Assembly (NCBI GenBank): GCA_951406725.2 | Contig: OX597832.1 | Coordinates: 10,540,001 to 10,604,000 of the forward strand | DNA length: 64,000 nucleotides | Reading direction: 5' to 3' | Source of the DNA: Octopus vulgaris | Taxonomy: Eukaryota | In this document: one piece after another, positions 27,974-40,629 of the stretch | Numbering within the stretch: the first letter of the stretch is position 1 | How the letters are laid out: every line of letters starts with the position of its first letter | Notes under the pieces: generated by a model | Told to the model about the DNA's origin: nothing | Databases searched by the model: none | Seen by the model: only the letters and a program-made list of their open reading frames with translations | Made by a program: the position numbers and the translations under genes

Positions 27974-30625
27974 GTTATCATATGCGAATTTTTGAACGAG
28001 CCAGTATCAATCGCAAGTTTGCTTCCGACCCACAAGCATTATACAGAGATAAGGAACGAAAACATAATCATTAAGAAAGCTCCCTCCCAAGTAGATCTAC
28101 AATCATTCTGGTCACAAATTTGGAACGAAAATAGGGATTTCAACCTGTTATGGTTGAATACAGTTGAGAGAGAATACTGTACCAAAACTAACAGTAAAAC
28201 ATACACAATTAATGCAATTACTCTCGCTATAGTAGTAGGAAAAATGTAGACTGGGAAAGCACCTGGAAGGGATCTAACAGTTGGAGATTGTTACAAGAAG
28301 CTAACATTTTATAGAAACCAATTGGAATGTATGTTCAAAAGGACTATGAAAGGTCAGACTGATGTAATCAAATTGGCTTGCTACAGCAAGGACAAGCCTT
28401 ATTGCCAAGAATGAAATCAGCGAGATGGCAGGAAACTACAGGCCCATTGCTTGCTGAAACATTATGTGCAAAGTGTACACAGGATGCCTCAAACAATTCC
28501 TCCAGGACTGTTTTGGGTCGAACAACATTGCGATTGATGAAAAGGAAGGTGGAAGAAAGAGAGTGTGGGGATGTGTCGAACAACATTTAATAAACAATGC
28601 TGTACTGTCTGAAGTAGGAAAACAACGTATAAACTGTGTGACAGAATGGTTTGACTATAAGAAGGCATACGACCCTATCCCTTATTCGCTGCTGTTGAAG
28701 AGTCAACATCTGGCAAAAGTACCTACTACATTAATTGCTGCTATAGAGAGACTCACAAAGACATCGAAGACAACTCATACCTCTACAACTCAGAACAAAA
28801 TAATTGTTTCTGATAGTATAGGTATTTGAAAAGTAATATTCTATACTTCTTTTCATTTTGGAACTGAATCCATTATCATTCCTACCGCAGAAACCAAATT
28901 GTTACACGCTAGGTTAATAAAGTGCTAGTAACATCAATGTCACTCATGATTTCTTTGTAGACGACCTGAAGATTTATGCTAAAGGTGTTAACTATGCCAA
29001 AAAACAACTGGAATTAATAAAATTTTCTGCTGACATAGACAAGGAATTTGGTTAAAAGAAATGTTCATATTTGGTTATAGATTGAGGATAGTCAGTCCCA
29101 CAAACCCAAAACCTGTACGTCAACGGTCTCTCTATCCTACACCGACCGACACAAAGAATGCTAAAAGTATCTAGGCATAGATGAAAATGTATTATATGAG
29201 GGCGCCGCTATGAATAAATATAGAATGACTCGAGAATATTACACCAGACATGGGAAAATATGGCAGTCGGAACTCTTCTCATACAACAAAACAATATTCC
29301 ACAGTACATTTGCAGTACCAGTGCTTTCCTCACATTTGGGATACTTGATTGGTTTGTAGAGGAAATCCACTCCATAGATATCAAAACCCGCAAAATCCTG
29401 ACAATAACTGGGACGTTCCACAGATACAATGATGTTGACAGGATCTACCTAGGAAGAAACGAAGGTGGTAAAGGCCTGAGATCGGTACAGACGGCTTCCG
29501 GATTCCGTATGGTATCACTCAGGCAATAGCTGATAAACAACAGCAGCAAAATTAAATATATATAAATACAGAGCTGAAAATGGAAGTGAACAACAGAGTA
29601 CAAGTTGACAGTGAGCTCCTCAAGAAGCACTCTCTTCTTGATGATCTCCCATACAGCCCCAAAAGAGATGGGCTCTTTTAATCAGAGAAGACTTGGATGA
29701 AAAGCACTCAGCATAGAAAACAAAAAGAAGAATACACATGGGTATGTTGCCCAGAAGCTTGAAGACAGTGAGACTGACACGAAGTGCAGCCACTCTTAGA
29801 CACAAGATCACTACATCGCATCACACATTGAAGGCTATACGTTTGCAATCCAGAAACAGAAGATTGCCGCAAAGTGCTTGATGGACTTGAGAGATCATGA
29901 TGCTCTTGTAATCCCATGGTGCAACCAAATGAGTACGCTATATCACGTTTCTGTGGAAGACATTAAACATGTGATTAGCATTTGTTCTAAAATGTAGTCA
30001 CTTTACTGCCTCCCTATGCAGCACTATGTTGTTGCTAAAACTATTTACAATGCCATCCACAAAAATAACTGTCCTGAAATAAACTTATACAATCCCTGTT
30101 GTTGAAAACATTCATAAATATCACCTCAAAGAATGGTGGTGGAATACTCCCATCAAATCTTCTGTGAAATATAGACATAACAGGCCGGATATTGTTGCTT
30201 GGGACAGAGGGAGAAAGGCATGTAACAACATAGCAGTTAGCTGCCCTTCAATAATAAATAGTTCTTTGAAAATCAACGAGAAACAGTATACCTATGGACA
30301 ACTGCTTCGAAACCTCTAGTTTCTATATCCAGAATATGAATTCATATTCATATCAATAATAATTGGAGCACTCGGTTTTGTTAGTAAATGCTTACAGGAG
30401 AATCTAGATGAACTGGGATTTTCAGAAAGAGAAATCGACCGGCTATTTCATACATAAATCGACCGGCTAATTCGCAATCTGCGAGTGGAACAATTAAAAA
30501 TATGCAAGACTTTTCTCAAGTTCAAAATCTGAACAAAGTCTGCGTTATCTATATCCCAAAAATGGAGCCTTGTATCATTGTTGGAAACCGGCTAAAAGAG
30601 TTATAATTTTTAAAAAACAGAAGAG
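27974..30625 (+). mobile_element. 5'-truncated, degraded R4/Dong-type non-LTR retrotransposon (RT plus restriction-like endonuclease)
   Basis: Motifs in order across frameshifts: FWSQIW, WKAPGRD, NYRPIAC, GC.EQ.LINNAVL, WFDYKKAYD, FFVDDLKIYA, YLGIDE, IDIKTRKILT..FH..DVDRIYL..EGGKGL, EGYTFAIQ, degenerate CCHC (EDIKHVISIC), HNRPDIVAWDR, IIIGALG. Confidence 0.9.
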
Positions 30626-31984
30626 ACATACATAGACACATACATAAATACACATACAAAAATAATTGTGCGTTTGTATTGCAGTACAACAGCTATATAT
30701 TGTTATATAGTTGACTCTACTCCGAAGACAATTCGCTGTATGTTATTAGGCATTAAGCAATACACTTAGTTAGAGAAGGTATATTTAAAAGCCCATTCAG
30801 TGTATATATATATACATAGAGAAAGAGAGAGTGGGTGAGAGAGAAAGGGGGTGAAGCAGTAGTTTTTGTCCGTGCAACCATTACTGGGCAATATGAATAG
30901 ACTAACCATTATACCTTTAATCGAAGAATTTCAAATCAAACTCCGAATTATGCGGTACAAATAACTTTTCCTAATTACCACTTGTACTGTCTGGCTGAGA
31001 CATTTCTTAATTCTAATAGCAAAAAAATAGTAATATATTCTACTCTTAGTATTAATATCGTAGAAAAAACATTTCTACGTTAGGTCACTAGATATATACA
31101 TTTAAATGTGACCGAAACAACATACAGTATAATTAGATACAAAATATAATGTGCAATAATTATCCCTCGACACTGGATGATATATTACGCTCATTATGTT
31201 CGAGTGAAATAATTTTGAACAAGCTTTTACTATATACGGTCATCTAGGTTTTGAAAATAACACTTAGATTAGGAAAATGAATGTTATGTATATTAAATTT
31301 AATATCTAATGATAAAGATAATGTTTTCTCCAAATATATATTTAAATGTGAGTGTTACATTTTATTAACACCGTAGTTTCCAATATTGACAACTTGTGAA
31401 GCCATTTTCAAAAGAGTTACTCCATAATAGAATTTATTATGATAAATTTAGAATATATATTAGTTCAGTCCCTCAGGAAGTAAGTGATTATAAAATATTA
31501 ATAATTAATTGATATTTATTATAGAGAAGTCCAAAGCAAAATTCCTTCCTACGCTGCTTCCTCTTAGCTCTATGTTTCATTTCTACCGTTTATGCTAAAA
31601 GGATTATATATTTTCTCCTTTCCTAGTGAGATGTGCATAAACGTGATTGCTAAACATAAGGACAACATGTTTAAGAATTCGCTTTTCGCTAATTTTGCCA
31701 CGCTCGGAATCACACGAAATATGGACTGCAATGTTAGGCTGCATTTGCTACTGTGCTGTTTTCTGTATTTAAATGTTTAAGAAATAGATATCTGCTTATG
31801 CATCTTCATGCACCAACGCATTTACGAAATCACATGCACTGAGACACGTGCACGCGCATATTTTCATATTTGCGGATATACTGAAATATCCTTCTGTCTG
31901 AATAAAAATAAATTAGTTTTTCAAGGCATGCAGAATGCAATCATGGATGTGTACTCGCACTCTTATTCCTTTCTCTATTTTTTC

Positions 31985-32185
31985 TTTCCCTTGCTTCAGT
32001 CATTTGACTGCGGCCATGCTGGAGGAGGACCGCATTTAGTCGAGCAAATCGACCCCAGGACTTATTCTTTGGAAGCCTAGTACTTATTCTATCGGTCTCT
32101 TTTGCCGAACCGCTAAGTTACAGGGGACGCAAACATACCACCATTGGCTGTCAAGCGATGGTGGGGGACAAACAAAGGCACACAA

Positions 32186-32271
<86 letters not shown>

Positions 32272-32433
32272 GACGAGCTTCTTTCAGGTTCTGTCTACCA
32301 AATCCAGTCACAAGGCTTTGGTCAGCCTGGGGCTATAGTAGAAGACATTTGCACAAGGTGCCACGTCGTGGGACTGAACCCGGAACCATGTGGTTGGTAA
32401 ACAAGGTACTTACAACACTGCCACTCCTGCGCC
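31985..32433 (-). mobile_element. SINE family A, full length, internal (CA)n
   Basis: Ends gccactcctgcgcc, the reverse complement of the family head. Confidence 0.9.
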
Positions 32434-33354
32434 TGAATATATATATGTGTGTGTATGTGTGTGTGTGTGTGTTTGTGTGTGTGAGCTGCTGGTTATTTAT
32501 GTATAATCATACAGACAGAAACGCAGATATATATATACAAATTATTCGAAAAGACAGAGAATAGTATTTAAACACCACAAATGAGGGAACTCGCAAGTCA
32601 TAAGTTCTACACTCCGATGAGCAACAAACAGAAAATCAAAAAAACTACGCGAAAGCAGGCAAGATACAGAAGTTATTAGAAGCTCAATCATTACCTCCTT
32701 ATGAAGCATACTTACATCAAAGTAGATCAGCTCAAAACATTTTAATTTCAAATACGAGAGAGAAAATAAGCTGAAATTACATAAACAATGAAAAGTTATA
32801 CAGAGGATATACTAAACCACCTCCTGGAATACATATCAAAACAATACATAAATAAAGAAGAAAATTTGATCTATGAAAATGCAGTACAAACAACTAAGAA
32901 GTAAATAATACGAGGGAAATTATAACTATTTCACACAAACACAATGCAAAACATGAATGTAAACCAATTGCTTGACGACAATCAGGGACCAACCAACAAA
33001 GAAAAACTAGATAATTTTTTTTTAAGAAAACGGTGAGAACAATAACAACGCTCAAATGAACAATACAAAACATATTGATATTAAATAAGCACGAATAAAA
33101 ATTACAGCTTACACCTAAATGTTGCAGAAGGTTAAAATTCGGGAAAGAACGCAATTATATTTAGACAAATAACTCGCATTAGTTATATATAAACTCCTTC
33201 TTCTTTCGTGATGAACCAGTTGAATTGAATTCACACACTCACAGACATACATACTAATACGTATGTATGTGCGGTTGCACATATATGTGTGTCTGCGCGT
33301 GTGTTTTTTGGGTGTATCTGTGTGTTTATGCGTAAGTGCATGTGCTGTGTCGAT

Positions 33355-33460
33355 TGGCCTTGTGGTTAGGGTGTTGCGCTCGTGATCGCGAGATCGTGGT
33401 TTCAAGTCTGGACCGGATGATTTTCGTAACGCCAAACTGCAACCATGTTACTAACGATAT
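33355..33460 (+). repeat. tRNA-like SINE head duplicated at 34255-34357
   Basis: gtgttgcgctcg.gat.gcgagatcgt.gtttc..gtctggaccggatgattttcgtaa.gccaaactgcaaccatgttac occurs twice ~900 bp apart. Confidence 0.75.
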
Positions 33461-33654
33461 TGAAACGCATGCAAATGTATGTCAACATTGGAAGGTGTTA
33501 CTGAGCGGTAAGAAAATTGCTACCAAAGCCCGCATTCTTGGTTAAGTCTCACTGCTTGACACATTTGGCAAGTGTTTTCTATCATAGCCTGGGGCAGTCC
33601 AAAACGATGTGGTAGACGGAAACTAAAACAAGACCGGCATATATATATATATAT

Positions 33655-33959
33655 ATGAAAGACAAAATGGGAAAAGAACGCAAAACATCCGGAGAGTTAG
33701 GTGATACAAAAATGGGACAACAAAATATCCAGATAGACGACACAAAGAAAACAAGGACGGATCATTCGAAGTTTACTTTCCTCAGTAAAGTACCAGATTA
33801 TCATATCAGCCGAAATTGCGAAGATAATCTGGTACTCGAGTGAGGAAAGAAAACTTCGAATGAACCGTCCCTGTTTTCGTTGTATCGTCTATCTAGATGT
33901 TTTGTCCCAGTTTTTTATCACCTAACTGTCCGGATGTTTTGCGTTCTTGTCCCATTTTG

Positions 33960-33967
<8 letters not shown>
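33655..33967. repeat. 313-bp hairpin element (~148-bp arms, 20-nt loop) embedded in (TA)n
   Basis: Arms 33655-33802 and 33823-33967 are reverse complements; (TA)n on both sides. Confidence 0.9.
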
Positions 33968-33993
<26 letters not shown>

Positions 33994-34384
33994 GACAAAA
34001 ATAAATAGTTTATTGAAATTTTATTTAATAATAAGAAAATTCTAATCTCAATCTATTTCTATGTCATTTACGACTTCATGCGCTCCTTATCGTTTTCTCT
34101 TATATTGTGCTATATATACTATGTTATATTCATGAGTCGTATCGATTTACTTGAATACATATTCTTTGACTTAACTTTATGCGTGTGTATGTGTGTGTGT
34201 CTTTGTGCTATGTTTGTCCTCCACCACCACACCACCACTTGATAACCGATTGTCCTTGAGGTCAGAGTGTTGCGCTCGCGATTGCGAGATCGTAGTTTCC
34301 TGTCTGGACCGGATGATTTTCGTAAAGCCAAACTGCAACCATGTTACCAACGATATGAACCGCATTTAAATTTATAGGTTTACA

Positions 34385-35052
34385 TTGCAACTCGCGTTCG
34401 TGAGATCGCAGTTTCAATTCCCAGACCGGGAGTTGTGAGTGGTTATTTAGCGGAAACACCTAAAGCTCCACGAGGTTCCGGTAGGGAATGGTGGCGAACC
34501 CTACTGTTCTCTTTCACCACAACATTATCTCACTGTGAGTGTTCACTGACCGAAAACACCTAAAGCTCCACGAGGTTCCGGCAGGGTGTGGTGGCGAACC
34601 CTGCTGTACTCTTTCACCACAACATTCTCTCTCTCTTTATTCTTGTTTCTCTTGTACATGTATTTCAAAGGGCCAGCCTTGCCACTAACTCTGTCATGCT
34701 GAAACTCCCTGAGAACTACTTCACAGATACTACACATATCTTTCTTTTTTACTACCCACAAGGGGCTAAACAGAGAAGAGGACAAACAAGGACAGACAAA
34801 GGGATTAAGTCGATTACATCGACCCTAGTGCGTAACTGGTACTTAATTTATCGACCCCGAAAGAATGAAAGGCAAAGTCGACCTCGGCGGAATTTGAACT
34901 CGGAACGTAGCGACAGACGAAATACGGCTACACATTTCGCCCGGCGTGCTAACGATTCTGCCAGCTCGCCGCCTTCACGTTAATTTCACGCGCAGGCTGT
35001 TCCTTGATCGGCTCAACTGGAACCCTCATCGTCGGAAGCGACGGAGTGCCAC
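34385..35052 (+). mobile_element. SINE family C with internal duplication, interrupted by a family B SINE (34740-34975, minus strand)
   Basis: aaacacctaaagctccacgaggttccgg...tctttcaccacaacatt occurs twice; nested reverse-complement family B copy. Confidence 0.8.
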
Positions 35053-35064
35053 GAGTAATAATAG

Positions 35065-35250
35065 GTGTAGCTGCAGTTATTGTCATTGTTGTAGTAGTGA
35101 TGGTGTTTGTGACAGCAGCAGCGGTAGTAGTAGTAGTAGCAGCAACTCTAGCAGCGGCGGCAGCAGCAACAGTGAAAGTTTAGTTGCTTTAGTAGTAGTG
35201 GTGGTGGTGGTGGCAGCAGCTGAAGTAGGAGCATTAGTAATACAATAGTA
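35065..35250. repeat. Degenerate (GTA/GCA/GTG)n trinucleotide tract
   Basis: Read directly; explains the Ser/Val-rich ORF 34946-35248. Confidence 0.85.
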
Positions 35251-35599
35251 CATAGCTAACAATACGAACGATGATAACGGTAATCAAAATAATATTAATA
35301 ATCATAACAGCATTAATAAAACAGCAAATGAATAGAATTTTAACAAGTATAACACGTTAATATAATTTTTCAGAAATATCATAACACAAGCAAGAAGAAA
35401 GAAATTCATATTATAAGTAAGAATAGACTATATATCTATGTATGAATCTATGTGAGTATATATATTTGTAAGATAAAACTTACTTGGAAATTGATGTGTC
35501 GCGTTCGATCATATAATAACAAAAGACTTAAAATATATGCATACATACATACATATATGTACATACCTACATCTATATGTATATATACATGCATACATG

Positions 35600-35736
35600 G
35601 GTACAGGACACCCCGAAAAAAAAACTTTGTACCCAATGAGAAACGAAATGATAAAAACAAAAACATGGAAACGGACTTTTTTTCAAACAATGAAAAAACA
35701 AGACATACAACACAAGGAATATTCCCCTTCTTCAGT

Positions 35737-35738
<2 letters not shown>
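35600..35738 (-). mobile_element. Penelope-like terminal fragment (related copy at 41700-41840, +)
   Basis: caactgaagaaggggaatattccttgtgttgtatgtcttg versus caactgatgaagggaatgttctttatgttgcatgtcctg; next to (TA)n. Confidence 0.45.
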
Positions 35739-35810
<72 letters not shown>

Positions 35811-37734
35811 CATATATACATATATACATTCCACGTGATATTGTAAGTGTTATTTTAATTTGTTCCAGAGCAATCCAAGAATATAACCATTACCACTTTA
35901 TTAACCAGTTTCATAATTGCAAACATCCGAAACTTTGGTAATTCTGTTGATGGTCAATATAAACGCATCTATATCCTCATGTTTCCATTCCTATCGTCCT
36001 CTTTGTATATATAACCAAACACACTCACACATCTATGTGTGCTTATACACATACATACATATATGTGTGTTCGTTGACCTTGTCAGCCTCTCTGTTTTTT
36101 TTTCTCTCTCTCTCATTTTTACTCTCTCTGCATGCAAGCATATATACGTGCTCTACACGAACACACTACATACTTTTAAATTTTCGTAATTGCTAAACGC
36201 GTAATGTGTTATTGTAGGACTGCGATGATAAAGAGTCGGACGGAATTTTCCATTTGACACGTAGACACGTAGCTGAGAGCAGTTCCAGGAAATTTTGTCT
36301 TCTTCCTTTATAAACAGAATTCTTGGATCATATAACCTTAAATGTATTCCATTTTACATTATCACAAATTATCTAGAAATTTTGATTTTTTGTTATTTTT
36401 TGCAAATTTATAACATTATGAAGTACAATATGCATTTATATACCCAATAAACAATTCGAGAATGATTTGGAAATTTTGTTTCTTTTCGTTACGAAGAGTT
36501 TCCTGTAGGTTATTTCAGCGGACAGCTGAGTATGGGATTTTGGTTTTTATTTTTGATCCAACTCAAGTGTTCCTAGTTTCTTTTATAGATGTAACCCATA
36601 ACGTTCATAAATCAGTATCGAAGCAAAAGAAAATACTTATTATAAAGTCAGATTGGCAAACACATTTTCTGTTGTTTCCGCTAAGGATAAAATTGCTTGC
36701 ATGCTTTGATATATGACAATAGGAAGTGCTAAATTTTTTTGTGCAAATCCACGTTCGTTCAACGTGGGTATCATAAACATGCCAAATTATAGGAACATAA
36801 AATATAGGCATTAAAATTTGAAAGATGAGAAACAAAAGAAAAGCAAGTATTTGAAGCTCTATTTCGCTCCCAGTAAATCTATAAACAACGTTTAAACTCT
36901 CGTATAAGTTATGGCTTTTACAGATGGTCAAATTATAAATGATTATATTTCTAGAGATGCAGAATGCTTAGACGTTGATATAGCAATCACATACAAAGAA
37001 TGTTTCCTTTCACGGATAGGTATACTTCATTGGCAGAACTAAATAGCACTTAGCTGGAAAAATAATTATAGGCGTCAATACAACTGTAAAATGCATAAAA
37101 TATTCAGTAACTCTCTATCTACAAAAAGATGCTACTCGTTTTATCTTATACATCATTCAACCAAAATCCTGTTGCACACGACAAATTTTCTGAATTGACA
37201 TTTGGATCTGTTTTATAAACAACTGTAAGTAATAATTTCAAATTTATGCCAAATTAAAGAAATTTTAGTGGAATAGATAAGTCGAGTACCTCGATCCCAG
37301 TGTTAAGCTCGTATTCACTTTTACTAGCCCCGAAAATGTGAAAAAAGAATTTGATGTTGACGGAAATTGAACTCAGAGCGTACAGATTAAGGACAGATGA
37401 TGCTAATCGTTGACTGTAGCAGCTTCAGATAAAGTGAAATATGAAGAATTCCAAATTGAGTATGAAAATACTCTCTAACTCATTCGAATGACGTTTTCGT
37501 TAAAGTTCTCATATTTCGTAATTTGAAACAATCAATGACGTGCATTCAGGTGAATAACATTACAGCCGTTGTTTGTCACCAACAACTATCGGCGGTGTAT
37601 TTTTCGTTTGTCACTGTTATTTATGACATCGTTCGTGCGTTTGTATTGGTTTTAGCTTTAAGGTTTTAGGGTTGTACTGGTTTTAGCTTTAAGGTTTTTA
37701 AATCTGTCGGTCAAAAGGTAAGGATCCAAATACT

Positions 37735-37880
37735 GAAAATCTAATTGGTACTATTTTATCAACCTCAAAAGGATGAAACTAAGTCGACTTCGGCAGAATT
37801 TGAACTCAGAACGTAAAGACGGACGGAGTAACGCAAAGCATTTCGCCCGGCGAGCTAACAACTCTACCAATTCGCCACCT
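37735..37880 (-). mobile_element. SINE family B, degraded
   Basis: aagtcgacttcggcagaatttgaactcagaacgtaa...catttcgcccggcg. Confidence 0.75.
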
Positions 37881-38134
37881 GAATCAATTGATAAAATGTT
37901 GCAAATAGAAAAACGTTAGTTTTCACCGAGAGTCTACTTATTTTAAACCCATTATACTGCAATGTAGCATTTGGTTAAAACATTTCCACAGCTAACAATA
38001 ATTATTGCTGTCGAGAAGGGCTTGTATGCATCAATTACGGACTGTACTACAATTATCAGTTTCTCAATTTAGAATATCCACAATGTGAAACTTCCAAAAT
38101 ACTTCACGCAGGTAATTAATTCTGTTATTGTTAA

Positions 38135-39340
38135 TTGTTGCGTTGTCTGAGTCTTGGTGTTGCTGCCACACGACTGTCTTGTTGACGTGTACCTTCTTGG
38201 GGGAAGGGAGTAGCACAGTGTCTTAAAAAGAATATGGAACATGAACGGTTGAGTTCGTCCAAGTATGAATTACTCCATGCAATTGTTGAGATGGACAAGG
38301 AGAAAGGAAAAATGAATTTTGCGGCGGTAGCCAAAAGCAACAAGAAAGTAAACATGCAAGAGCTGGACAACTACAAGAATATGCTTCGTAGGGAGGGTCA
38401 CGATGTAAAGGTGTCCTCTTCCCAAGAAGTATTAAACGAGGCCAAGAGTAGTATGATAACCAACAGAACATATTCTGTGAAGGCCCAGAGAATAGAACTA
38501 ATGCTGACGGAGCAAATTGAAAAGGCACTAAAACCTATCTGGTAGGAAATTTCCAACCTGGCTAGAGGGAGAAATTCGGAATGGTGGAAGGGCCACAGCC
38601 AGGCGACACGCGGTGACCTCCTTGAAAACGGATGAAGTAATTTTTCTACCCATATACCTTGGAAGGCATGCTTGCAGGGTGAGGGTATAAGATAAACTCC
38701 CGGAGATAAATATGCCCTTGCTGGTGACAGCCATATTGCTGGGCATGGAGTAGAATAAGATAACGGTTTTCGACGTCACTAGCACCGCTCACAAGAATTG
38801 GCAGGGTCAGACCCCTGAATATGGTGATTCAAGCAGCCCCAGAAGACTTCGAAGAGATGGTGGAAACCATTACGGTGGACGATATAACGCTCAGGGTTAA
38901 AGTGGAGGGCAAGACCCCTTGTTTTTACAAATGTGTACAAAAAGGGCAACATTAGGGTAGAATGCTCTCAACCACCCGTAAAGCCTCAACAAGCGCCAGT
39001 GTCCGTAAAGGAACCCGCACCTCCGCCAACGGCGAAGGTCAGCAAAAGTACAGAGGGCGTTGGAGGAATCTTAACCAAGGACAGATGAGAAATTATTGGA
39101 AGGAAGATCAGAAACAGGAGGATAAAGATAAAAACCCTGAACGAGCACCCCATCCCACACCCATGCAATTCCTACCCGAACCCACTTCGTGCCACCCTTC
39201 CCTTGCAGACACCAAACCTTGCCCTGCTTCCTCTGACATTAACAAACTGAACACAAGCACAGGAGCCCCAAGTTCACCAGCCCCCAACCAGTGTAGAGAA
39301 AACAAAGAGCATAGTCCTTTAAAATGCACACAATAGAAAA
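38135..39340 (+). pseudogene. ORF1/gag-like zinc-knuckle relic, copy 1
   Basis: RTYS..IEKAL..LARGR..LKTDEVIFLPIYLGRHACRVRV..PEINMPLLVTAILLG..WQG..VKVEGKTPCFYKCVQKG/IRVEC; homologous at protein level to copies 2 and 3; boundaries approximate, no TSD found. Confidence 0.75.
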
Positions 39341-39553
39341 TTGTTAAAAAAAGGGGAACAGTGGGACGGTTTCTGTTCTTGAAGTAACCTATATCTTTTC
39401 ATTACCTGCAGTCTTCTTAACTGTAATTTTGTACCAAACAAATGCTGATACAGTTTTTCCTTCACTAGTCACTAAATTCTCATTATCTCCTAATATACGT
39501 GCAATGGACCTATTACGCGAATGCATCTCGGTACATAATCCAGTAAAGATCTC

Positions 39554-39969
39554 TTTACTCTCCTTTCTCTTTTACTTGTTTCAGTCATTTGACTGCGGCC
39601 ATACTGGAGCACCACCTTTAATCGAGCAGCTCGACCCCGGGACTTATTCTTTTGTAAGCCCAGTACTTATTCTATCGGTCTCTTTTGCCGAACCGCTAAG
39701 TAACGGGGACAAAAACACACCAGCATCGATTGTCAAGCAATGCTAGGGGGACAAACACAGACTCACAAACACACATACGCATATATATATATACATACAT
39801 ATATACGACGGGCTTCTTTCAGTTTCCGTCTACCAAATCCACTCACAAGGCTTTGGTCGGCCCGAGGCTATAGTACAAGACACTTGTCCAAGGTACCACG
39901 CAGTGGGACTGAACTCGGAACCATGCGGTTGGTAAACAAGCTACTTACCACACAGCCACTCCTGCGCCT
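39554..39969 (-). mobile_element. SINE family A, full length
   Basis: Close reverse-complement match to 3255-3630. Confidence 0.9.
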
Positions 39970-40111
39970 AATCTGAGTACATTATCGCTATATATTCGCT
40001 TCCAGGTGTCAGTATGTTCTTTTAAATTATTGTCAATTATATATTTAATTTTGGTATGAGTAATACCCTTTCTCATGCTAGTTATTTAACTTTTTTGTTT
40101 TAACTGTTTTC

Positions 40112-40629
40112 CGGGAGATCCTTGAGAAACGCACCTCTCTAAGAAAATGAAATGCAATTAAAATTGTTAGGGTTAGGGTTTAGTTTTAGGGTTAGGGTAA
40201 ATTTTAGGGTTAGGTGGTGTGCACTCGCTTTCTCTTCACCAATTTTATGATCTGATATACGACAGAAATAATCATAAAACAATAGAGTAAATATGCTTAA
40301 GACGTATGCAAATTTTGTAATTGTTATTTTTGTTTTCAGTTTACAGAAAAAATAAATTATACAACAGTTGCTATTTGGCCCCTCGTATCATTAATAATAC
40401 CTGATTGGTAAAAGCAAATTACCGTCCCTTGTATTGTCCGACATGTTTGTTTATATTAGCGAGTGTCAGTTTTCCGTTTGTTTTATTTTTTAGCATAAAA
40501 TATTTAAAAATAGATGAATCTTTCTAACTTTTTGCATACATCATTTATTTGTATATATTTTCTATTTACATAACTTGTTTTAAATTGCGTTTCATTTTCT
40601 TGGACAGGTGCGTTTCTAAAGGAGCGCCG
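40112..40629. mobile_element. MITE with ~47-bp TIRs and internal TTAGGG-like repeats
   Basis: cgggagatccttgagaaacgcacctctctaagaaaatgaaatgcaatt versus aattgcgtttcattttcttggacaggtgcgtttctaaaggagcgccg; ttagggttaggg at 40167-40215. Confidence 0.75.

Noticed and set aside
34588-34983. Recurring ORF peptide RNWYLIYRPRKDERQSRPRRNLNS
   Set aside because: It is the antisense translation of the family B SINE.
40167-40215. Telomere or chromosome-fusion scar
   Set aside because: The tract is short and degenerate and lies inside a TIR-bounded element.
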